Part shown: one piece after another, positions 55,309 through 64,000 of the stretch
Numbering within the stretch: the first letter of the stretch is position 1
How the letters are laid out: each line of letters opens with the position of its first letter
DNA from: Dehalococcoidia bacterium
Lineage (GTDB): Bacteria > Chloroflexota > Dehalococcoidia > DSTF01 > JACRBR01
DNA: 64,000 bases
Direction of reading: 5' to 3'
NCBI GenBank assembly: GCA_040902535.1
Contig: JBBDXD010000019.1
Location: 6,773 to 70,772, forward strand
Translations under genes and position numbers: made by a program
The notes under the pieces: model-generated
Seen by the model: the letters and a program-made list of their open reading frames with translations, nothing else
The model's database searches: none
What the model was told of the DNA's origin: nothing

Positions 55309-57318
55309 CTACGGGATCGTCTGGATCTTCGACGGATCGTCGGCGTTGATATCGTAGCCGTGCTCGTCGTGTTCAAGGTTCGCGACCGCGGCCGTGAACG
55401 GCGGTTCGGCGGCCAACGCGCCGCCCGCAATCGTCGCGAGGCAACTGCCATCGGCGCCGGTGACGCATGCGCTCGTCGTCAGGGCATCCTCGGGCAGTGC
55501 GTCTTCAAGCGGCACGCCTTCCCACAGGACGATCACGCGCACGGCCGGTAACGGCGCGCCTGCGGCGTCCTGCACGCGCACGAGGAGTTGCAGCGTGCCG
55601 CCGGTGCTCGACGCGTCGGCCGACGCGACGTGCATGGCCCGGGCAAACGGCGGCAGGCCGTCGGGGGCCGGCGAGCGGCGCGCCGGCTGCAGGAAATCTT
55701 CGTAGGCGGTCATGGCGTAGAGCCACATGCCGTCGTTCGCCAGCGCCGTCTCGCCGGCGGCGAACCCGTCATCATACGCAAAGTCTGCGCGAAAGCCGTT
55801 GACGATCGTGCCGTGGCGCCGCGGGCGCAGCCATTCCCATATGGCCCACGGCCGGGCGGTGCTCACCGGCAAGCCCGTCAAGAATGAAGCCGCTTCGACC
55901 TCCGACGCACCGTCCGTCGTCCGCACGCGCTCGACGGGGACGCCGGGATTGAGGCCGGTGATCCATCCGATGCCTGCGGCCGCCATCACGCCGAGGTTCG
56001 CATCGCCGGTCATATCCGCGAGGTGCGCCGCGTCGATCGCGCGCGCCATGAACCACGTGTTGAGGAGCGCGCCGTCGTCGCCTGCGCCCGGCGGCGGCTC
56101 GGTCGCGACTTCGTCCCACTCGGCGATAGCGTTGGTGTCGAACTCCTCACTGGTAATCCCGGGCGGCACGATCGCAAACGGATTGGCCTGGAAGATCTGC
56201 ATGTACTGCGCGGCGATCGCCGTGGCCGCGTTGGCCCAGAGCTGACGGTCGGGATGCGACGTCAGGTCGCGCCACATGCGGTACAGGCCTTCGACGTGCG
56301 GCAGCGAGTCGTCGCTCGGGCGCTCCATCGTGCGCAGGTCATACGTCCCGATTTGCTCGCGCAACGCCGCCGCGGCGACGTCCATGTACGTATCGATGAG
56401 GGCGTATCGGTAGAAGTCGTAGTTCACCGTCGCGCGCAGTGCGGGCGGATACGCGTCCGGTGCGTTCGCCGCCAGCCACAACTCTGCGACCAGGGAGCGC
56501 CGATGCGCGCGCTCGGCCTTCACCGGATCTTCGTTGTGGAACGCGACGGCGTATCGCGCCAGCGCGCGCATGCCCATCGCCGTGTTGTGCGGCCCGGTGA
56601 TGCCGGCTCCGCGCGTCGGCGATGTGGACCGAAACTCGCCCGTCGCCGGATCCGCGAGCAACAGCAGGTAGTCGACCGAGCGTGAGATCGCGTCGCGCAT
56701 CTGCCGCCGCTGCTCCTCGGTGATGACGTTGCGCCGCCGCTCGTACGCCTCGATCAGCCCGACGAGCCAGTCCGCGTGCGCGGCGGCGGAGCCCGTCTTG
56801 CCGTTGCTGTCGTAGAAGCCGTAATCGAGTTCGATCGGCGCCTCGCGCGCGGCCGCGTTCTGGATCGCGACGGCGTCGAACGTCGTGCGGAACAGCAGGA
56901 ACTCGTCGACAGCGAACTCCTGCGTCGCCAGCCGCACCTCCGGGGCTTCGACGACGATCCGGTAGCGTCCGGCTTCATCGAGCGCGCTGAAGTCGACGGT
57001 CCAGATCGGGATGCCCCAGCCGGTGCCGCTGTACGCCGCGCGGCCTTCGAGCGCGACGCCGTCGCCGTCATCGACCAGGCGCCACGAGAAGGAGAGGCCC
57101 TCGCTGACCGCCGCATCGACGTCGTTCTGGCGAATCAGGACGCGCTTCGCGCCGGCGAGTTCGTAGCCGAGCGTGCTGTACAGCAGCGTGTATTGCGCGT
57201 CCGAAGTCTGGTACGACGCCGGGATCTCGAAGCTCTTGCCTTCGCTGCACGAGGCGGCGGAAAGGAGGACGGCGGCCCCGGCGAGCAGCGCCAGGCAGCG
57301 GCGGGCGAAGCAGCTCAT
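55309..57318 (-). CDS. secreted putative glycoside hydrolase (N-terminal Ig-like CelD_N-type domain + alpha/alpha-barrel; GH9-like, uncertain)
   Basis: Signal peptide MSCFARRCLALLAGAAVLLSAASC; Ig-like N-domain; HRRS-like motif; family assignment tentative. Confidence 0.4.
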   Translation of the reverse strand: MSCFARRCLALLAGAAVLLSAASCSEGKSFEIPASYQTSDAQYTLLYSTLGYELAGAKRVLIRQNDVDAAVSEGLSFSWRLVDDGDGVALEGRAAYSGTGWGIPIWTVDFSALDEAGRYRIVVEAPEVRLATQEFAVDEFLLFRTTFDAVAIQNAAAREAPIELDYGFYDSNGKTGSAAAHADWLVGLIEAYERRRNVITEEQRRQMRDAISRSVDYLLLLADPATGEFRSTSPTRGAGITGPHNTAMGMRALARYAVAFHNEDPVKAERAHRRSLVAELWLAANAPDAYPPALRATVNYDFYRYALIDTYMDVAAAALREQIGTYDLRTMERPSDDSLPHVEGLYRMWRDLTSHPDRQLWANAATAIAAQYMQIFQANPFAIVPPGITSEEFDTNAIAEWDEVATEPPPGAGDDGALLNTWFMARAIDAAHLADMTGDANLGVMAAAGIGWITGLNPGVPVERVRTTDGASEVEAASFLTGLPVSTARPWAIWEWLRPRRHGTIVNGFRADFAYDDGFAAGETALANDGMWLYAMTAYEDFLQPARRSPAPDGLPPFARAMHVASADASSTGGTLQLLVRVQDAAGAPLPAVRVIVLWEGVPLEDALPEDALTTSACVTGADGSCLATIAGGALAAEPPFTAAVANLEHDEHGYDINADDPSKIQTIP

Positions 57319-57477
57319 ACGATAGTGTCGGCTCCCCGTGCGGCCCGCGGCATGGCGTCGGGGCCGGGGCGAGCGCATGGTAGCGGAGGCGGCGGCGGCG
57401 GGCGACGCGCGCTTTATCGCGCCGGTGCCGACGGGGTATACTGGGTGGCGGAACGCGCTGGCGCAGCGCGTTCTTTC

Positions 57478-57562
57478 GCCGAGGTGGTGGAATAGGCAGA
57501 CACGCGGTCTTGAGGGGGCCGTGCCGCAAGGCGTAGGAGTTCAAATCTCCTCCTCGGCACCA
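57478..57562 (+). tRNA. tRNA-Leu (anticodon GAG), type II with long variable arm, CCA encoded
   Basis: Acceptor GCCGAGG/CCTCGGC, D-stem GTG/CAC, anticodon stem CGGTC/GGCCG, loop TTGAGGG (U33, G37), variable arm TGCCGCAAGGCGT, T-arm AGGAG-TTCAAAT-CTCCT, discriminator A + CCA. Confidence 0.9.
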
Positions 57563-57580
57563 CAGAGGATACGACCGTAC

Positions 57581-57609
57581 CCGCCCGGCGCCTCCGGGCG
57601 GCTCGTTTT
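57581..57609 (+). terminator. intrinsic terminator between the two tRNAs
   Basis: 8-bp GC stem ccgcccgg / ccgggcgg with 5-nt loop followed by ctcgtttt. Confidence 0.5.
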
Positions 57610-57627
57610 GCGAGGCGGCGGGGCGGC

Positions 57628-57701
57628 GGACACACATGGCGACGTGGCCAAGTGGCAAGGCAGGGGTCTGCAAAACCCCGATCACCGGTTCGAATCCGGT
57701 C
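57628..57701 (+). tRNA. tRNA-Cys (anticodon GCA), CCA encoded
   Basis: Acceptor GGCGACG/CGTCGCC, D-stem GCC/GGC, anticodon stem GGGGT/ACCCC, loop CTGCAAA, T-arm ACCGG-TTCGAAT-CCGGT, discriminator T + CCA; 74 nt. Confidence 0.9.
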
Positions 57702-58000
57702 GTCGCCTCCATAGAAAACAGATTCGGGATCGGCTATTTCGGCCGGTCCCGATCTCGTTTCCGCGACGCGACTTCTGACGATCTTCTAACGGCGCTCTCG
57801 ATACAGCCCCGTATACCGCTGTACAATCGCGCCGATGCCGATCCCCAGCGGATAAACCTTACTTCGTGGCGCAATCGCACACTGTAGTCCGTTGGCCACC
57901 GACGAGGGGTTCGCGGCTTCAGTTGGCGCTCAAGGACTTTTTTGCTCATGGAGTGAGTTTGAGCCATTCGCGGGAATCGCTGGGCGCGAAGAGGTGATCG

Positions 58001-58501
58001 ATGCCATCACGTATAGCGAGCCACCATAACTGCAGTGACTGTGCGCTGCTGGCCCTGATGGAAGACGATAAAGACAGCGCGCGCATTGATAGTCGCGAGG
58101 TGAATCCATTCGATCGGTTCGATGGTGCAACGTCATTTCCCGTCTGCATGGTCTCGGCCTTTGACCTAACGGGAGAGCTTCCGGATCTTCCCGCGGCGGA
58201 GCCTGACACACATGCATGGTTTAGACGAGAGACCAAGAAGGTGTTCGGAGTCGACCGTACCTGTGACGAGTGGATTGAATTCAGGCCGGGTGAGACACCG
58301 CGAGGAGGATTGCGGAGGCGCGACGAGATGCGGCAAGATCGATTCAATGCCATGTATCAGCGCCGGCTCCTGATCTTGACCGTCGCAACGGCTGGGGTGG
58401 CGGTGGCCGCGCTGATCGCGGCGCTGCTACCTCTTGCGTACCCTGATGGCATCGGATACTTCGTTGACCACACGCCGGGTCAAGCTCAATCGCGTCCTTG
58501 A
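58001..58501 (+). CDS. hypothetical protein with C-terminal TM segment
   Basis: 166-aa ORF in low-GC stretch downstream of tRNA genes. Confidence 0.3.
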   Translation: MPSRIASHHNCSDCALLALMEDDKDSARIDSREVNPFDRFDGATSFPVCMVSAFDLTGELPDLPAAEPDTHAWFRRETKKVFGVDRTCDEWIEFRPGETPRGGLRRRDEMRQDRFNAMYQRRLLILTVATAGVAVAALIAALLPLAYPDGIGYFVDHTPGQAQSRP

Positions 58502-58786
58502 CTAGGCAGCAGAAAGGACTGCGACAGTCGCGCCCTAGTCGTCACTCGAATAAACTTTCGGGCAACCTCGCCCCGCCATGGTTACAACTCCCGGCGGTCG
58601 AACGCGACGATCACCGCAACCACACGACCCGCACAGGATTCAACTGCACCCCACCCGCCTGCGCCGTCCACGACGTCGTGAGCGGCAGCAACGTTCGCAC
58701 CTGGAACACCAGTCGTCCCTGCTGGTCGGTGCTGGTGGCCCGCGGCACGATCGACGTCAGCAGGCTGCCGCCGCCCATGAGTATCG

Positions 58787-59191
58787 CTACGCATCGAACC
58801 GGTCCAGCCGTTCGAGCAGCGACAGCGCGCCGTGCACGCCCGCCCCGAGCGCCGTCGCGCGGCCGGTGAGATCGCGGTCCGACGTGATCACTTCGAACGC
58901 GCGCGGATCCGACTGCGCGCGCAGGAACTCGACGATGCGGTCGTCGGCGGCGTTGCGGCCTGAGCGCGCCGCGTAGAGCACCTCCACGCCCTCGTGGTCG
59001 CCCTCGGGCAGTCCGGAGATCGGCCGGCCATCGACGATCACCGTGATCCCGTGTGCGTCGGCCGCAGCCAGCGCGCGCAGCCGGTCGACGAGCGCGCGCA
59101 CGGCGCCGTCGCGGTCGCGCCACCAGCCCGTTGGGCGCGCGCCGATCACGTTCATGGCGTCGACGACGAGGTCTAGCGGGCGAGCAGACAA
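58787..59191 (-). CDS. YacP-like NYN/PIN-domain protein
   Basis: LVVDAMNVIGARPTGWW ... ITVIVDG ... EVITSDRDL pattern of YacP/Rae1-like NYN domains. Confidence 0.6.
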   Translation of the reverse strand: MSARPLDLVVDAMNVIGARPTGWWRDRDGAVRALVDRLRALAAADAHGITVIVDGRPISGLPEGDHEGVEVLYAARSGRNAADDRIVEFLRAQSDPRAFEVITSDRDLTGRATALGAGVHGALSLLERLDRFDA

Positions 59192-59300
59192 GGATTACTC
59201 CGTCGGTACGGCCATCGCAGCCGTCCGTGCGAGCGATGGCTCGGGCGGCTGCCAGGATCTGTCAGTAGGCGGGAATCCGTAGTCAAGATAAGATCGGCGC

Positions 59301-59555
59301 ATGAAGCACGCTACACCGATCGCGCTCGACGCGCTGGAGCCGCTGCTCGATCAGCTACGCGCGCTCGACGGCGTGACCGAGCGCAAGCGCGGCGTGTTCT
59401 ATCGCAAGTCGCAGGCCATGCTGCACTTCCACGAGGATCCGGCGGGCTTCTTCGCCGACCTGCGCCTGCCGCCCGGCTGGGTGCGGCTGCCGGTGAACAC
59501 CGCGGCGGAACGTAAGCGGCTGGTGGCTCAGCTTCGAACGGCGCTCAAGGCCTGA
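59301..59555 (+). CDS. hypothetical protein
   Basis: 84-aa ORF, balanced composition. Confidence 0.4.
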   Translation: MKHATPIALDALEPLLDQLRALDGVTERKRGVFYRKSQAMLHFHEDPAGFFADLRLPPGWVRLPVNTAAERKRLVAQLRTALKA

Positions 59556-59597
59556 CCGGCTGACGCCTGAAAGGATGGACGACCCAACGGACGCACG

Positions 59598-60266
59598 GTG
59601 ACCGGCGGCCGTCCGACCATCGCCCGGGACGACAGCCCGCGACCGGCGGCGTATGCTACGCGCGTGGAAGAGACCTGGGACGACTACGAGGACGAAGGCC
59701 CCCACACGCACTCGGCGTTCGAGACGCGACTGGGCCTGATCTTCTATCACGACGCCCGCCCCGACGCAGGCGCCGGCCACCCTGTCTACATGCGCTTTCG
59801 TACGGCCCCGGTGCTCCTGGCGGCGACGGTCTGGTTCATCGTTGCGTGTGCCGTGCCGTTTTACGGCGTGCGGGACGGCGCCATCGACGCCGCCGCACTG
59901 GTCATCATCGTCGCGGCGCCGGTCGTGCTCGCGAACTTCTGGTGGTTCGACTACGTGCGCATCGACGAGACGACGGTCGAGCGCAGCCACCTGTTCGGCT
60001 TCGTGCGCCATCGCGGTCGAATCGACGTACTGCGCGATGTGCAGTCGCGGCCGCTGCGCGGCCTCTACGGCATCACCACGCCGTCGATGCGCTTCGTGTT
60101 CCCTGACCAGCGCTTTGAAGTACGCGCCGCGGCGTATCACTGGGTCGACGGCCGCAAGCTGGCGATGCGGCTGCACAAGCGCGGCATCGCGATCGCGCCG
60201 AAGCTGATCCAGCACTTCGAACTCGACGATCCGCCGCCAACAGCCGGCGCGGAGGACTGGAAGTAG
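59598..60266 (+). CDS. membrane hypothetical protein (two TM + bPH-like C-terminal region)
   Basis: VLLAATVWFIVACAVPFYG / AAALVIIVAAPVVLANFWWF; start may be internal (M at ~59785). Confidence 0.4.
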   Translation: MTGGRPTIARDDSPRPAAYATRVEETWDDYEDEGPHTHSAFETRLGLIFYHDARPDAGAGHPVYMRFRTAPVLLAATVWFIVACAVPFYGVRDGAIDAAALVIIVAAPVVLANFWWFDYVRIDETTVERSHLFGFVRHRGRIDVLRDVQSRPLRGLYGITTPSMRFVFPDQRFEVRAAAYHWVDGRKLAMRLHKRGIAIAPKLIQHFELDDPPPTAGAEDWK

Positions 60267-60277
60267 GAGGCACGCGT

Positions 60278-61123
60278 ATGCGCACAGGCACCTTCCGCGG
60301 CTTCGACGTCGAGATGCACGACCGCGGCATCTGCGTCATCACGTTCAACCAGCCGGAACGTCTCAACGGCATGACCCAGACGATGAAACGCGACCTCGTC
60401 GAGACGATCGCGCAGTCGCAGATGCACGACGACGTGCGCGTCGTCGTCGTCACCGGCAGCGGACGCGCGTTCTCGGCCGGCGACGACATCAGCGGCCACG
60501 GCCGGGGCGGCGGCACTGACGCCGAGGCCGAGGCGCTGGCGCAGGACATTCCGGGCGGCCATCGCGACGCGGTCGGCACGTACGAAGGCCTGCGCTGGAT
60601 CTCACAGCCGCTGAACGCCGCCATGCGCGCGCTCGACAAGCTCTCGATCGCGGCGATCAACGGCGTCGCGGTGCAGACCGGCTTCTCGCTGGCGCTGTCG
60701 TGCGACTTTCGCATCGCATCGAGCGAAGCGCGCGTCGGCAGCGGCACGCTGCGCTTCGGGCTGCTGCCGGACGAAGGCGGCCAGTACCTGCTCGTGCACC
60801 TGCTGGGCGTCGCGAAGACGATGGACTTCCTGATGCGCAACCGCCTCGTCATGGCAGACGAAGCGCTGGCGCTCGGCCTCGTGCACGAAGTGACGCCGCC
60901 GGACGCGCTGATGCCCCGCGTCATGGAACTTGCGCGCGAACTCGCCGAAGGGCCGCAGGCGGCGCAACGTCTCCTCAAGCGCTCGATCTACAACGCCGCG
61001 CACCAGACCTTCGAGCAGGCCTGCGACGACATCGCGGCGAAGACGGCGATCACGGACCACCTGCCCGACGCGCGCGAGGGTGTGCGCGCCTTCCAGGAAA
61101 AGCGCAAGCCGAACTTCAGCTAA
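60278..61123 (+). CDS. enoyl-CoA hydratase/isomerase (crotonase) family
   Basis: VVVTGSGRAFSAGDDI, AAINGVAVQTG oxyanion-hole motifs. Confidence 0.85.
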   Translation: MRTGTFRGFDVEMHDRGICVITFNQPERLNGMTQTMKRDLVETIAQSQMHDDVRVVVVTGSGRAFSAGDDISGHGRGGGTDAEAEALAQDIPGGHRDAVGTYEGLRWISQPLNAAMRALDKLSIAAINGVAVQTGFSLALSCDFRIASSEARVGSGTLRFGLLPDEGGQYLLVHLLGVAKTMDFLMRNRLVMADEALALGLVHEVTPPDALMPRVMELARELAEGPQAAQRLLKRSIYNAAHQTFEQACDDIAAKTAITDHLPDAREGVRAFQEKRKPNFS

Positions 61124-61197
61124 ACACGGCGCGGCCTGCTACGGCGGCGCCGATGCACGGTTAACGGCCGTGCGTTCGCGTCCGCGACCAGCGCCGA

Positions 61198-62337
61198 TCA
61201 GGCGTCCGCCAACCCCTCCCGCACGCGGCTGCCGATGATCTGGTGCGACACCGGCGCCGACGGCGGGTGAAAGCGGCCCGCTCGCACATCGCGCGCCAGG
61301 CGTTCGAGCGGCGACTTGCGGAAGTACGCCGTGCCGCCGGCGATCGCGACGGCCTTCTCCACCGTCTCGATCGCGCGGTCCACGACGATCTCCTTGAGCG
61401 TGATGCTCAACGCCACTACTTCTTCCACCTCTGCCTCGGCGAGGCGCGGCGCCAACTGGTTGCGCACGGCAGACGCCGTCGTGAACGCCACCTCCATCTC
61501 GCCGAGCAGCACGTCGGTGAGCACGGGGTCGCGGAAGTTGCTGTTGCGCGCCTTCTGCAGCGACTGCAGCGCAAAGTGGCGCGCCTCCTCCGCGACGCCC
61601 AGGTACACGCTCGACATCAACGGGTAGAACCAGCGCATGATCGCCGCGTACTGCGGCGTGCGCAGCGGCTCCTTGCCGGCCAGCCGCGCACCGACCGCGC
61701 TCTCGGGCACGGTCACATTTTCGAACACGACCTCGTGGCTGGCGGTCGCGCGCATGCCCGTCGTGTCCCACGTCGGGTCGATGCGCACGCCTTCGAGGTT
61801 GCACGGCACGGCGACCACGATCAGTTCGCCCGTCTCCGTGTCCACGGCGTTGACACGCAGCACGTTCACCCCGGGCGCCTGCGACACGAAGTACTTGCGG
61901 CCGTTGATGACGTAGTTGCCGTCCTTCTTCTCCGCCCTTGTCGGCGTGCTCCATTCGCCGGCGACGATGGCCTCCGCGCCCGCCGAGCCGAGCACGATGC
62001 CCTCATCCGCGACGCGGCGCAGCGGCGCTTCATTGGCGCCGGTCTTCAGGAAGCCGTCGCGGGCGGCGCCGACCTGGAACAGGTGCATGTTCACCGCGAG
62101 CGCCGTCGATGCGCAGCCCCGCGCGAGCGCCTGCTGTGCCTGCGCCATCTGAGGCAACGTCGCGCCGAGGCCGCCGAGCTGCTCGGGGACGGGCGCGCGC
62201 AGGTAGCCGGACTCCCGCATGCGGTCGTAGTTCTGCTTCGGAAACTCGCCCGTGCGGTCGTACTCGGCCGCGCGCTCCCGGAATTCGTCCGCGAGGTCCT
62301 TCGCTATAGTGACTGCGTCTTTCGTCATCGTGGTCAT
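61198..62337 (-). CDS. acyl-CoA dehydrogenase
   Basis: 379 aa; ACAD N/M/C domains, GGTAYFRKSPLERLARDVR C-terminal motif. Confidence 0.85.
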   Translation of the reverse strand: MTTMTKDAVTIAKDLADEFRERAAEYDRTGEFPKQNYDRMRESGYLRAPVPEQLGGLGATLPQMAQAQQALARGCASTALAVNMHLFQVGAARDGFLKTGANEAPLRRVADEGIVLGSAGAEAIVAGEWSTPTRAEKKDGNYVINGRKYFVSQAPGVNVLRVNAVDTETGELIVVAVPCNLEGVRIDPTWDTTGMRATASHEVVFENVTVPESAVGARLAGKEPLRTPQYAAIMRWFYPLMSSVYLGVAEEARHFALQSLQKARNSNFRDPVLTDVLLGEMEVAFTTASAVRNQLAPRLAEAEVEEVVALSITLKEIVVDRAIETVEKAVAIAGGTAYFRKSPLERLARDVRAGRFHPPSAPVSHQIIGSRVREGLADA

Positions 62338-62562
62338 CGTCGACCTCCCTACTGCTCATACACGCGCCGATTGTTACGAAGTGCGGCGGCGCGGCGCTAT
62401 GAACGCGTTCACAGAACGCGTTCACACGTCTACGTTACGCCGATCGCGGTGGCGTATTCCAGCCCCAATTCGTCCGCGCGCGTCGCTGGCGCCGGACGAC
62501 CGAGGCGGCTGATCGCAGGCTCGTTCGAAGCTAAACCGCTGGCTATACTCAACGGTGGCCCT

Positions 62563-64000
62563 CGACCAGCAGTTTCTCGACGAAGTTGAGCGAAAGCTCA
62601 CGCAGCATTCGCCTTCGCTGGCGACCGAGTTCCGCCGCGCCTCCGAGGAGCTGATGCCGCTCCTGGACGAAGCCGACTTCCGCACCTGGGCGGACGAAGG
62701 CGTCGAGCTGGCTGGCCACTCTCTGCGGTCCTGGGAGGCCGCCGTCGACTACTTTCGCGTCTCGCCTGAAGTGCTGAAGGTGCTGCCTTCGGCCGGATTT
62801 CGGCGCTGGGCGCATGCCGGCCGCTCGCTGGCCGAGTACTCCTCGGTGGTCGCCGCGGCGTTCCTGCGCGCGAGTCCGGACACGGTGCGCTACCTCGACG
62901 AGCATCAGATCGTCGAGTGGGCGACGCTGGGCCAGCGTCTGTACAAGGGGCACTGGAAGTCGATCTCGCTCACGACGGTCTATTTCAGCGCCAGCCCCGG
63001 CCTGCTGACCAGCATGACGATGGGCGAACTGGCCCGGCTCGTGACGCTCATCGAATCGGTGGCCGAGCGCTCGTACGAGCTGGCGTCGGCGTGCCTCGAT
63101 GCGGCGCCGCACCTGTTCCGCTCGCTCGACAAGTCCGACCGCGGCGCGTTCCTGACGCTCGCGACGGCGGTCGGCGATGCGTCGTGGGCCGACGTGCGCA
63201 TCTGCTTCGAGCGCGCGCCGAACCTGCTCGCACCGATCGACGCGTCGGCGCGCAGCCGCTTCCTCACGCTCGCGTCGAACGTCGCACGGCAGAGCGGGCG
63301 CCACGCCTACTCGCTCTTCGCCGAGGGCGCGATGGCGCTCGAATCCGTGCCGCAGGACAGCCACCACGACCTGCTGTCGATGGCCGAAGAGCTGGCGACT
63401 GCGTCGCCGACGGCGGCGATGGAGTTTCTGAAAAGCTCGCCCGAAGTGCTGAAGCGCATCCGCATCGCCGAACTGGCGCGCTGGCACGAAGCGGGCACGC
63501 GCATCCTCGGCCAGAGCGTCGAGGGCGGCGAAGCGTACTTCCGCCTCGAGTCCGGCAAGGGCGAGGAAATGCTGCAGACGCTGTCGTCGCGCGTCGAACT
63601 GACGCGCGTCGGCGAAGTGCTGCGGCTCTACTGCAAGGCGCTCACCGGCACCAACGTCTCGATCCATCCGGTGTCGTATCTCGCGGAAAAAGGCATCGGC
63701 TGGGTGAGCGAAAATCGTCCGAGCACCGAGGGCACGACGGTCTACCTGCCGGAGTTCGTCGAAGAGTACGTCGAGCGCGCGCAGAACTTCTCCGTGTACA
63801 AGGTGTTCGCGACGCACCAGGCGGCGCACCTGGAGTTCGGCAGCTTCTTCTTTCGCTGGCTGCGCCCCGGCTCGCTCGTCGAGACGAAGCGCCAAGAGCG
63901 CGAGCGCGCGCGCATCGTGTCCGGCGCGCAACAGGCGCGCGAGCGCGGCTATCTCACCGACATGGAGCGCTTCTTCGACCTCTTCGACGACCGGCTGCTC
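62563..64000 (+). CDS. partial (3'-truncated by window end) repeat-containing hypothetical protein, GTG start; possibly NorD/CbbO-like
   Basis: Not in ATG-only ORF track; plus-strand translation VALDQQFLDEVERKL... is protein-like with internal repeats (SPEVLKVLPSAGFRRWAHAG / SSPEVLKRIRIAELARWHEAG; APHLFRSLDKSDRGAFLTLA / APNLLAPIDASARSRFLTLA), whereas the listed antisense ORF 62549-63931 is Arg-rich. Confidence 0.45.

Noticed and set aside
57581-57609. Possibility that the hairpin after tRNA-Leu is a tRNA-processing structure rather than a terminator
   Set aside because: Considered, but GC stem plus U-tract is canonical for intrinsic termination; retained as terminator at moderate confidence.
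57700-59600. Prophage/ICE integrated at tRNA-Cys
   Set aside because: No integrase, no recognisable phage genes and no direct repeat of the tRNA 3' end found downstream; reported only as a compositional anomaly.

Overview
This is a high-GC (~68%) bacterial chromosomal segment, Actinobacteria- or Chloroflexota-like in gene content. The organism cannot be assigned from sequence alone. 

Housekeeping genes are interleaved with several low-GC islets. The core genes are:
- split ADP-forming acetyl-CoA synthetase (beta then alpha)
- RidA and HIT
- rpe-argH
- Fe3+ ABC transporter plus IdeR
- ybeY and dnaX-ybaB-recR
- sensor kinase and glutamine synthetase
- Mrp/ApbC and gatCA
- PBP1A
- tRNA-Leu(GAG), an intrinsic terminator, then tRNA-Cys(GCA)
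- a fatty-acid beta-oxidation pair

The accessory content is:
- a type II-like R-M module at the left edge
- an AbiEi/AbiEii pair
- a phage P63C-domain islet
- an islet of uncharacterised genes beside ideR
- a low-GC islet after the tRNAs

The most striking find is a tandem triplication (8437-10316) of small secreted, C-terminally membrane-anchored proteins. Signal-peptide cleavage after a conserved HAGPQQAFA motif should expose an N-terminal Cys-x-Cys. Two further cysteines sit at positions 73/101, 66/95 and 65/94, which matches the Cys1-Cys72 and Cys3-Cys101 disulfide pattern and strand motifs of the N-terminal inhibitory domain of animal TIMPs (tissue inhibitors of metalloproteinases). I interpret these as membrane-tethered bacterial N-TIMP/NTR-like metalloprotease inhibitors, a system uncharacterised in bacteria as far as I know. 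A secreted HExxH protein lies about 1 kb downstream.

Intergenic DNA is unusually structured. Degenerate heptanucleotide tandem arrays (STRR-like: CTGACAC, GACAACA, GCAAACG, GTCAGTT, GGATGCT) sit in 5' leaders and after stop codons. A REP/MITE-like element family (core GCTACGTCCCTACGATCG with GAGCGAAGC-type inverted ends) recurs at four or more loci, including inside the acetyl-CoA synthetase operon. Candidate IdeR operators flank the iron-uptake cluster.

Many long ORFs in the six-frame track are Arg/Ala-rich antisense artefacts of the high GC content and were not called.
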